A stretch of 64,000 nt of DNA from contig NC_087251.1 in the NCBI RefSeq assembly GCF_037042905.1, positions 31,002,001 through 31,066,000 on the forward strand. The letters run 5' to 3'. A program made the translations under genes and the position numbers. The stretch is from Lytechinus pictus. Lineage: Eukaryota. Every line of letters begins with the position of its first letter. Position 1 is the first letter of the stretch. Positions 52,901 to 64,000 of the stretch are shown one piece after another. Below the pieces are notes generated by a model that made no database searches, was not told the DNA's origin, and saw nothing but the letters and a program-made list of their open reading frames with translations.

Positions 52901-54040
52901 GCATAAGGGCGATAGCTCAAGGCAAGTGTGCACTACACAAGATGTACAGTGCGAGAGTAACACCTTTCTGCCTGACAAACAGGAATGGAAATTGACATGG
53001 AAATGATGGAATATCCTAACACGTTATAAGAGAACTATAATATTTGTATTGGTTTAACTTTGAAATTTGACGCTCGATTATTTATAGCATATAAACTGAT
53101 AGTGAAACCTCCATATGTTGTTTTGATGCTCTAAAATATCAAAAATATTTTCTTTATTTCTTGAATTTTTTTATAGGTAATGCTTACATGCAGAAATGTA
53201 AAGAGGTTTCATGTGACCAATTGTGAATTTTTTCTTTCTTTTTCACATTCCTAAGAAGTAATTTGCTTGAAATACCATACAATTACACATCAGACAAAAT
53301 GGGAGTTGTTAAAAATTAAAATTTGGTTATGGAAAATTGATCATTTGTCAGCAAAGAAATTCAAAAGATTTTTCCATCTTGTAGACGTTTATTATGCATG
53401 GACAAAATACCAAATACTTCCATAACCTAATTCAATTCCTTGTTGGCTTGTTGCATTATGCATCTTCTCTACCACCCACCCCCCCCCCCCCCTTCCAAAA
53501 AAAAGAAGAAAATAGTGATTCATGTTTTCCCCATCTCATTTTCCCTTTTATTTGCAAAAGATACATGTACAGTCCTGTATGGGACACAGCTGTCACAATG
53601 CAAACACATATTCTGTCTGAATGTTTCCCCTGGGTAAAAACTACATGTACCTCAATCTCCGCATCTCTGTACTTCTAGCCTATTTTCTAAATGGCATGGC
53701 AAAGGTCCCCTGTCTATATTGCTTTTTGAGAGAATCTTCCAGTCTGGAAAAATTGATGAGATCAATTTCGTCCGCCTCCTCAAAAATTAAATGATATTCC
53801 TTTAACCCATTGAATACTGCATGTGGTTTTTGCCTTTCAATTTTTAATGCTCAGTGTTTGGTTCATGCTTATGATCTGAGGCCTACATGTAGTTCCTAGT
53901 CATATTTTCATGAAAAATAATCTACCTGTACATGTATGTACTTGTTAAAATTTATTGGCTGCAGGTTATATTTTGGTATGACGTATTTCAAAATTGAAAG
54001 AAGAATAACTTTCCTGAAACTAATAATATGACACCATAAA

Positions 54041-54789
54041 TAGGGACAGTGATTTTCCGCGATCGCAGAAAATGGACAGAATGCACGGAAATTGCCTTTT
54101 GAAATGGAAAGTGGCATTTGAAACAGAAATCACAGAAAACATATTTTTCCTCAGAATACACAGAACAGCAACAGAAATTACTCAAAAATCTCAACAAATT
54201 ATGAATATTAAATGGCCACAAAACCTCACGAAACACAATCGCACTTCACTACAATCATGACAATCCACACATCGTGACTGCTCTTGACTCCATCACACTC
54301 GATCGTACCCATTGTCCCTGGCCCTAATTGCCGGCGCGGCCAGCGGGGTCGGCCGTATCAAAAACATTCACACATGGTTTGATTTCAACAACACGGTCGT
54401 GTGTTGCTGCCCTTTACGTTTGAAGATGTAACAGCACGATGTCCCGGTCTTGAAATCCAAAATGGCGGATAGACCGAAGTCATTGACTGCTCAAAACGAT
54501 GTCCAAAAAAACCCAAAATTATCGATAAAATTTCATTCAACCATAAAATACTTATAATGTGAAAGGTGAGGATGTATTAATGTTAAATGTGTTTGTCAAA
54601 AAATTGTATGTACCCGCATAGATCCGATTAGAGCGGATTCTACTGCATTGTTGGTACAGTGGCATATACAAACGGAATTGCCACTTTTTTATGTACGGTA
54701 CACAAAGTCTATGGGGAAGCGGAATTTCTGTTTTCTGACATGCTGAAACGGAATTTACGATTTTCTGAAACGGAAAATCACTGTCCCTA
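54041..54789. mobile_element. hAT-like non-autonomous element
   Basis: Perfect 19-bp TIR TAGGGACAGTGATTTTCCG, (a)cggaa subterminal repeats, 6-bp flanking direct repeat CATAAA. Confidence 0.85.
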
Positions 54790-56305
54790 CATAAAATAAT
54801 GCAAAATACTGTATTTCAGTAGCCTAAATTTCCGTTCCAGAGCATCACCAATTCAGGCAGCCACAGAGATTCCCATTTTTCCCGTTCCGGAGACCCTCAA
54901 ACTTATTTCTCGCTCCAGAGAACGCCCATCATGATCTACTCAGCCGGTCAGAGTAGCAAGGTCGATCAGCGCGGAGCCCATATGTTGGCCCGCCGAAGCT
55001 CCCCTTACCCGCAGCTAGCTTGCGCCGATGTTTTTTTACATAGCCGCTACCGATTACGCCTACGATCTAATGAGTTCCGGAGACCCCCGTTTTTTATGTG
55101 GTCCGTTCCAGAGCATTGTATATTTAGCAATCGTTGATCCAAGAGACCCTCATTTTAAGACCAAGATTTAGTTCCAGAGCCCCCTATTTTCGAGTTGGCC
55201 AGCACAGGTATCATGTTATAATTCAAGTACCCCCCCCCCCCCCCGGAACTTATCTTTCAATTCTAATTTTGTTTCTGTAAGATGTAGGCCTAAATATTCT
55301 TGAAAGACCAACGTAAAGTGAAAGTGGAGCTACTAGCCTCGGATGACCATTGTAGAAAGAGTGACATTGACCATACCTTAAAAAAAAAGAAATTCTCAAA
55401 AATGCATGCATATGATTGGTTGATTGATCAAGTTGCATTTGATTTTTTTTTTAGGATTTAGTTTGATTGCAGCTCTTTCTACATCAGGCCCCTGTATTTT
55501 GTTGGTTGTGTTGTCCAGAGTTTCCAGACTTGGACATCGGTAGCCCACGGATCTCTTCAAAAGATAAAAGGGAAACAAATTTGCCTTCCACTCTTCGCAT
55601 GCTCAACATTATGCATACCAGGCATATCTATATACCATTGTACAGATGTATGTCTGCTGGCTGTCTGTCTTTTTTTTTTTTTTTTGAAAGAGATCATGTG
55701 GAAAAGCCATTGACATGCCTTCCTGTAGAAGCTTGAATGAGGATCAAAGTCCTTGGGTGACAGCTGAATCAAACCCAGTGGAATGAATGGTGGAAAGAAA
55801 CCCCCATCCAAAGATATGAATCTCTGACATCCCATGTATGGATCCATATTTCATTACAGTCTGCCTTTAATATTGATGGTGTAGATCGGTACTTCTAGAT
55901 ACTGTTCTTTCTGAGAAATAGCTGCTTCATGTATATATTTAAAGCCGTTTCCTAAAGGATCATTATTCTGAATTTTTTTTTCCATTTGAAGGCTTATATT
56001 TTTCAAAGGTTTGGTTGTTCTGAAGGTTCGGTAGCCTGAGGTTCTTTATTTATAAGTATAGAGTCCATTATCGCAAAGTTTTGTTGATAGAAAAATGCTA
56101 CATGTTTTTTTTTTTTTCGGGGGACACTTTCACAACCTACAGGCTAAATCTGCAATATTGGAGAAGCTTCCATTGCAGTGAATGGAGATTTTCTAGGGCT
56201 GTGTTTTATTTACCAGGGCTCTTTTTTACCATTTCGGTGGCGAAATTACCCTGAGACCCCATACAATTATTCCTCTGCATTGATACTGTAGGTCTAATCA
56301 TCTTA

Positions 56306-57017
56306 GGGTGTGTTCAATGTCGATTTTCAAATTTAATGAGCAACATGAATCATGAGGCGCGATAGCTCAGTCGGTAGAGCGGGGGTTTCGGATTCCGGTG
56401 ACCCGGGTTCGATTCCCACGTGGTGCGCTAGTGCCCTTTGGTAAGGCATTTATCCTCATTACCAGGTCCCTCGGAGAGGACCTTAAGCCGTCGGTCCTCT
56501 GGTTGCTTGCTCACAGGCATTCGTGCTTTCTTAGCAGTCAGGTAAAAAAACCTCGGTATAACATGATTTGGTATACATGATTGAAAACTCAATTGCAAAA
56601 CACTGAACACAAACACATGCACTGTTCAGTGTCGAGAATATAAAGCCGTTTATATGTTGATTGTCTTTAAATTTCACGCTTTCGTTTGCGCAGTTTGACC
56701 CATCACAAGAAAGGTCAGTTCTGGCACCTGTTTGTGTAGCCATCCACTGCGAGAGCAAATTTAAAGAGGTTTCAAAACTCGATTGTTTTCAATGTCGCAT
56801 TCGCGATACGCAAGGTCGTAAAATTTAAGCTGATCACGTTTTTACAAACGCATCTTTTTTTACATTTAAATTTTCCTCCGAATCATGATTTGAAAGACTT
56901 ATAACGGAATAGAGGACATTGAACACACCCTTTGTTTCTCATATGTGTCTTGTAATCACGTTTTCAATCATGATCCATGTTGCCGTTTGAATTTGGAAAC
57001 TGACATTGAACACGCCC
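56306..57017. mobile_element. Harbinger-like non-autonomous element carrying a nested SINE
   Basis: TTA|GGGTGTGTTCAATGTC ... GACATTGAACACGCCC|TAA, with a second internal TIR copy near 56915-56931. Confidence 0.7.
56355..56550 (+). mobile_element. tRNA-derived SINE
   Basis: Pol III A box TAGCTCAGTCGG and B box GGTTCGATTCC, no proper tRNA acceptor stem, ~120-bp unrelated body and a short A tail. Confidence 0.8.
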
Positions 57018-60000
57018 TAAAGAGTATTGAAAATATGGCTCGGTATTTAGAAAAAAAATATGTTTCATTCATCCAAAAATGAATAAGTTAGTTTCATTAG
57101 CTGGAAAAGTATTAAAATGCATAGTATGAATTGGAGTAGGCATGAAGAGCCTTTAAACTCATTCATGTTTTACCTTTGGACTGGTGAACTTTTTTTAAAT
57201 AGACAATTACTATAAATGAAAATTCAGAATATAGAACCTTTGATAAAAAAAAATAAAGAGAACATTTTTAAAATGGAATGGCTAATTTCCCTATTGTTTT
57301 TATGCATGTACAATGTATGTGGAGAACGGAGATTTACTATTTTCTTTTACTTTTTTTCAGTATGAAAAATAGATTTTTGATATATTGAGAATAATTCAAT
57401 TAATTTGTGTAGATTGCAGTGTAGGTGCTGCGCATTCCCCTCCATAATATGTGGAAATTTGGTTACCGCTAGCTTGTGAGCAGTGATTAACATACGATGA
57501 TGCATAATTTTCTTTGGTGTTGTAGACCGGTTCCTTTTCTCAGCTCACTGCCCATAATGATCTACAGACCCGAGCAAATCCAATTAGTTGGGATGAATTG
57601 AAGGCCAGCCCCAAATTAACCAGATTTTCATCCTGGCTACCTACTCTCTCTCTCGATGGACGCATGATATTATTAAATTCTGAAAGAACACGTTTTCCAA
57701 TATGGTGTAATGGAAACTTCATGGAATGTGGACAAGTAAAAGAGATGCCCGGATGTGCCTGCCATTAATCTAATAGAAGCTTCATGTGCATGTGGAATAT
57801 GTACAAATTAGAATTCAAATGATGGTAGTTATTATGAGATGTATCACTTATGTAGATTATGCATACCTGCATATGCCTTGTACTGAGAGGGGATGTCATT
57901 GCAAACAAACAGTTTTTGTGCTTAGGCCTAGTATGGATTAAAAATTATACAAACATTTATTCATCGTGCTAATATAAACAATGATCATAGTTCTATTGGT
58001 CAATATAACACAAAAACAGATAAATAAACTTTGCTGATAAGCAATCAAAATCCATTTACAGTAATTGACAAGGAAATAAATTTGTACAAATTCTGGAATA
58101 TTATATTATTGTAATTGGTTTGACTGAAGAAAAAAAGGGGGCATAACAGGTACGAGAGAAATGTGGAAGAAATTTTACAAGCAAATATATTTTTTGCATA
58201 CATGCCAAGTGTCCCTATCAAATAGGAATAGAGAAAAGAAAATTTGCCATTTATACCCATTTCTTCTGATTTCTATGATTTTCTTTTTAGTATTAAAAAA
58301 GGAAATAAATATTCATGAAAATATCATAGTTATTTGTTACTTTTTTGTTGTTGTCAGGGTTTAAATAGTGCATCTGTTTCTCGTGATTCAAATGATCAGT
58401 TGAAGAATTGCGGTTAATTGTTATCTTTGTTAAAATGCACAAAATTATATTACAAGAACTGCGCATGTATGGCATGTTTTGTGCGTAACTCATGTAGCCT
58501 CCCACACAACATCCCTGTCACTCTGTTCAGACCTAGTGTCCTTGAACTCCACAACTCATTTGGATTATTTGATTAACCCTTTTCACCTTGGGAGAAAACA
58601 TGGGCTTACCTGTAATGCAGTTTCAAGTCTCATATTATGAATCTCATTGGAGAGAATCAAAGGATATATCAACATGGGTACTTCATGACCTAACTTTACC
58701 AATGGAAATGCGAAGAAAGAAGAAAAAAAAGGAAATGAATATTACTTTGCTTGGTTTGCACTTGACAGAAAGAGTTGTTTGTTTCTAGGCCTGTAATATC
58801 TAAATCTTTACATCGTTGTTAGGGTTATATTGATGATGATCTTCTACATCTTTCCTGAAGGGGAGCATTTCCTAAAACAAATATTGATTTTCACTGACGA
58901 CGTAATGTTATAGTTACTGAAGCCATTGCACCTGATTGGCTGCGGGCAAATATGTCAGTGTAAATCACTACAACAAGCTGCTTCAAGAAGCCCTCCCCTT
59001 GTCCTCATGCCCATGGAATGAATGAGATATGCATTATGCATATCACTTTTTTTTTCATATGGAACAAGAATGATTATTTATCCAAACATTGCGCGTCCGG
59101 GCCTAATGGGAAAGGCAAGCATGGAATAGCATGCAGATAATGGATGTTATCTTGGAGAGTCCCTGCTATCTTACCAAACAACAAACTACCACTGCAAACA
59201 TTCACTAATGGAAAGGATCCTGAATGTCACAAGTTCAAAAATATTTGTATTCTGCTTCTATCTTGTCCCTCTCTCTGCTTTTGTTTACATTCAAGACATT
59301 TTCATTTTACTGTGACTGAGTTATGTTGCCAGTTTGCTGCATTATAACTGCATTTATTATACTGAGGTCTTGTCTTGTGTGGAGAATGCTGCAAGACAGT
59401 AGGCGAAAAATGTCGTCCTTACGACCCCGCAACAATCTAATGTGGAGTAACATTCCCCTTTACATATATGCAGCATCAAAATCACAGATTGCCTAGCATC
59501 ATCTCTGAACCTACATGTATTTTAAATTAACAAGCAATTTACATCTTAAGTGAAATAGAAAAAGCGTGTGTTTACTGAAATTATTTGTATTCTTTTTATT
59601 GTTTTCATGTCATTCGCTTTATGTGTATAATTCTATTCTAGATGGGAATCATATCTTAGTTTTTAGAAAACAAAAAAGATTAACGTCACATAGAAATATA
59701 CAAAGCAATATATTAATGGCCTTGAAATTTATATTTCATAGGTTTTTTTTGTTTTCGTCAAATACTGTTTGTCATGTGTTCTCATTTAAAAATCTGAGAA
59801 TTTCGCACAACCAAACTTTTGAATGGAACTGACCAGTGCTGTGTATGCATGCTCCCAACCATTTTTGCATCAAGATTCTTGTCAACAAACAAACCCCTTG
59901 GTTTGATCATGGAGAGCAAATAGAACGACAGCCATTTCCTGTCAACCAATACAGTCTCTGGAGTATAGGAGTGATACATGGTTCATGGTGAAGGTTCAGA

Positions 60001-61151
60001 GGCTACCAGGCTCATACACTCTCTTCCGTTTCATCTCCGGGGCTTTGTTATTCCTTCAACTCCAAAAAAGAAATGAAATGGAGTCGGTGTATCCCTGTAT
60101 TTCATGATTGGTGAAATGGTATGATCTATCTACCAATTCTCAATTTGCAGTCCGATGCTTCTTCAATGCATTGGCCTTCATGTGTCAGAAGTCATTGTTT
60201 TTACACCCAAAGTATATTTTCTTTAAAGAAACACTTGTGCATGGACTTGTAATGTGCAAAAAAACTAAAGAACTAAAAAGAATGTTTAATTGCTTTACAG
60301 TTCTTTACAAAAATAGGAAAACTAATCTCTAAAGGTACCCCAAAAATGTATTGAATTGTAAAATATCAAAAAGGATGTGTAGAGATGAATGACTTTATAA
60401 AGATTTGTTTCATATAAATCTTTCTTCTTTTCTTGTCTCCAATGAATAAGATATTCACTACTTTTGCTGTTTATTTGTCAGACTGCCTCCTGTCCTCTTT
60501 GCATAACTAGCTTTATTTGTTTGTCATGCTGTCCTGTTCGTGGATTTTTCCTGTCCCATTAAATTGAATGATTGATTACAAGCATCTATGTTTATATACA
60601 GTCATGGGGGTACAGAGACTGGAAAATTACCCCCAATCTTCACTAACATGCTTGAAATCTGTGTCCATTATTTTTATGGTTGTCGCTGTTTAACTCTCGG
60701 AACAAGATAATTGATTGAATACTGTTCTTCTTTTTTTCTGTCTCCCCCTTTTCTGTGTGCAGGTCAGCAATGAGTCATGGAGAAGTCGACTTGATATTGA
60801 TCAAGCTCTCAGCCTGTGTCAGGTTGTAAAACACTCCATTCAGAGTTGCTGATCTTGGACTGAACCCAGAGTCATATTGCTCAGAAGTTAGTCATCGTGT
60901 TTCACCAAACTTTTGTTGGCTACACTTAAAGATTTTAACGGAGCTGTGCCATCAAATACACAATTGAAAAGGCAATACTGCTTAGAGGAAAATTGTCAGA
61001 TGCATCAGCCATAATTACAAAAGCGTTGTTTTTTGGCTTGAGACTTGTTAGCACTGAATGAACAAAAGTTACCATGCTTTTGATTATATCCATTGATTTC
61101 TGGGAATGAGACAAAATGTAAACTGTGATATTTATAGTGAGTTGATAAACA

Positions 61152-62337
61152 ATGGGAAGTAACCCTTCAAGTCATAAGGACTCTGGTGAGTCCGCGAGAG
61201 AGGAAGGAAGCACTGCAAGGGATCATTCAAGCACGATGTATCCCACTTCACTTCATGGACACCTAGGAGATGAGGTCTTAGAACCTCCAAGCCAAACGTT
61301 GCCATCTCCTGCAAAAGTGGACAAAGTGAAAAAGAAGAAGCCCCCAAGCTTTTCCTCCTTAAAGAGGAGAATTGTGAGAAGAAAGACTGCTGGTAAGTTT
61401 CAGGATCATGCTCGTTCTATACGGGATCTCATAGTAACATGGAATCCTCTGGATGTTTGCTCACTTATCGAGGAATACGATGCTCTTGCAGCTCTCAAGG
61501 AGATCACCATTCAGACAGACTTGGCTAGGACATCAGCATCACCACTGAAAAATGATCTGTTGCAGCTTTTTAATAGTAAAAACTGTGCAGATGTGAATTT
61601 GCTTTACAAAGGATCAACATTCCCAGCTCATCGTGCCATACTTTCTGCGAGATGCAGTTTCTTTAGAGAACTCTTACGGAGAAACCCAACCGTAGGTGCA
61701 GAGGTTCCAGTGGACCTTGGTTGGTCGGGGGTAACAGTGAACATGTTTGCTTCATTACTCAGATACCTGTATACGGGAGAGTTCAACACCCAAGATTCGC
61801 AATTAGAAAACTTTGATGTATTGATCCGATTAGGAGAGCGATTTGGAACGCCGAATGCACTTGAGCATGACTTCAGGATGTTACTGGATACAGGCAATTA
61901 TGGAGATGCTGCACTTGTGTTTTCTTGCGATACTGAATCAGTTGGAGTAACTCGTGCTGTGGAGGCATCGAGGACATCTGTTGGGAGTTCTGTTAAGTGC
62001 CATAAAGCTATCTTGTCCGCAAGATCACCATTCTTTCGGAGTGTTCTCCAGAGGAGACACCAGCAGAGCAGTGACTCTACTACAAGGACGTTGCCAAGCA
62101 TTACACCCATTGTACTTGATGAGTCAGTCATACCCAAGAAGTATGTTCATGTACTGTTGTATGCCCTTTATCAGGATGTAGTGGATTTAAGCCTTGTCTT
62201 GCCAGACAGTCCTAGTGTTGGAAGCCTTGGAGAAGCCCAAGCTATGGCATCAGGAAGGACACCACTTACCAAGGTTGAACAGGCCATGGAGTTGTATCAG
62301 ATCGCAAGATTCCTTGATTTTGCAACTATGGCTCATG
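61152..62337 (+). CDS. BTBD7: BTBD7 first coding exon (two BTB/POZ domains)
   Basis: MGSNPS...SLKRRIVRRK...DHARSIRDLI...EEYDALAALKE...FPAHRAILSARC...CHKAILSARSPFF resembles BTBD7. gtaag donor at 62338. The exon probably begins at the acceptor ending 60762. Confidence 0.92.
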
Positions 62338-62874
62338 GTAAGAAAAACAAATCAGAATGAAAATCCCGAATAGTCATTAGTAATCAGTTCATTCTATATT
62401 AAAAAATTGATTTTACTTTGGTTAATGTATTGTCTATAAGAATAAACCAAATATTTACAATCTAAAAAAAAATGATATGTGTAAATTACTACTTGCTCAG
62501 ACTTCCAAGAAAAAGTTTATTTTATATGAAATGCCCATCTTAAAAATGTTGAGAACTTTGTTCATTGTTAAAATATCAAATTAAAAGTGTAAGCTACTTG
62601 AGTACTAATAATGCATAATTTGCACCGAGAATGGAGCTGATGAAATTAAATGTTACATTAAGTCTTGGCCAGTGGATAACTTTGTATTTTTTTTTTCTCA
62701 TGATCAATTATGAACATTGAGGAATTGGATTTATTGAAATTTGATGAAATAGTCTTTTTGCAGCAGACCAATGATCAACTTTAAATAGTTTCAAAGTGAT
62801 TGTATGTCCATTCATTTGTGTAATGAAAATTGATATCAGTAGTCTTCTTTCAACCCCTTCTAACAACCCTTCAG

Positions 62875-63083
62875 CTTGTGAGGACATCATAGCACGGAGT
62901 ATCACCACAGAGAACCTTGTCTCCATCTTGACTTGGAGTCTAGAACCTCATGGATCTCACTGGGTACATCGGCAGGCTCAGCAGTATCTACAGGAGGAGT
63001 TTGCTGCTGTAGCTGCGTCTCCGGTCCTCTTTGAGCTCCGGGAATCACAACTCATTATGGCTCTCAAGTCAGACTTTCTTCAG
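62875..63083 (+). CDS. BTBD7: BTBD7 second coding exon (BACK region); gene continues beyond the window
   Basis: ACEDIIARSITTENLVSILTWSLEPHGSHWVHRQA...SDFLQ. tcag/gtatg boundaries, phase 1 join. Confidence 0.92.
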
Positions 63084-64000
63084 GTATGGTAGCTCTCAAT
63101 GTCTCTTCAATGTACTGTAAATAGATAGATTGATAGATAAAGACAAATAGATAGCTTTGAATTCTACAATTATTGAATTCATCTATACAGACATACTACA
63201 TAGTTCTTCCACCACTTTCTTAATGAGCTTGTCTATATACGGTGTTTTTGATAGCAGTGCATTAATAACATGTATGTTGGTCTACATGGTTTGCCTGTAC
63301 AGTATCAGAGCATAATTTCAGAATAAAGAAGTCAAAATCGGATAAATTGCTCATCGCATAGTCTAATGAATAATGATAATAAAAGATGATGATAAATATA
63401 TTTGATGAGTTTTCTTCATGGGAATACTTGTTTTGTGCATTATTGACCCTAACTCATGGAATATTCCTGTTATTCCACTTTGAGCCATCTACTGTATTTA
63501 TCATTATTGCAAAATGTACATGTATATTGCTTGCTATTAAAATGCTATGTAGGTACATGTACATCCTAACTGGCCAGGATGCCTTGTACAATTGGGAAAA
63601 TTAATAGAGTCCTTCAATTAGATTCCCCAGGAGGGTAGGTTCAATATCAATGTCTGGGGGATTATTTCCTCATTTTGATATCCTCTTTTAAGCATGGTAG
63701 ATTAATCAAGAAAGACAAAACACAGCTCCCTATAGAATCCTGCATGTAGCCAGCCTCAGCAGCAGTACAAAATATATACCCTTCCTGCTGTGTGTGTGGC
63801 CAGGATATTGTCTTTCCTTCCCACTTGTAAGATGCACAGGAGATTCACTCATCAAGAGATAGTACAATATCTCTCTTCACTCAGACTCAGATGGAGGTCA
63901 ATGTTATTGGGATATAACGAAGCCTTGGTTTCTTGCCGAGCTGTACTCCTTAATTACACTCTCTGCAGATATGAAATTTATTGCAAGCACCGGTAAAACT

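Noticed and set aside
56355..56430. Functional tRNA gene
   Set aside because: A and B boxes are present, but the acceptor stem does not pair properly and the sequence continues into a SINE-like body and A tail.

Overview
AT-rich, intron-containing animal genomic DNA. The gene and repeat style suggests a marine invertebrate deuterostome such as a sea urchin, but this is inference only. It holds three host genes: the last 8 coding exons of BIRC6/BRUCE (+, UBC domain, stop at 7208), a complete 5-exon LRR1 (-, ~428 aa), and the first two coding exons of BTBD7 (+, from 61152). Just upstream of LRR1 lies an apparently complete 10.75-kb hAT DNA transposon (19846-30594). It has 11-bp TIRs, a perfect 8-bp TSD (GTTCTACC) and an intron-containing BED-finger transposase with its catalytic motifs intact, and it appears to have landed in an LRR1 5'-UTR exon. 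The rest of the window is dense with non-autonomous elements: a Helentron/HINE-like tandem-array element, Harbinger-like and TTAA-site MITEs, two foldback elements with 9-bp TSDs and a tRNA-derived SINE. The most unusual pattern is a strong local excess of the 8-mer TACATGTA at 39-54 kb. One copy is demonstrably an insertion at a TA site, which is consistent with DNA-transposon excision footprints. All calls were made by eye, with no database searches.
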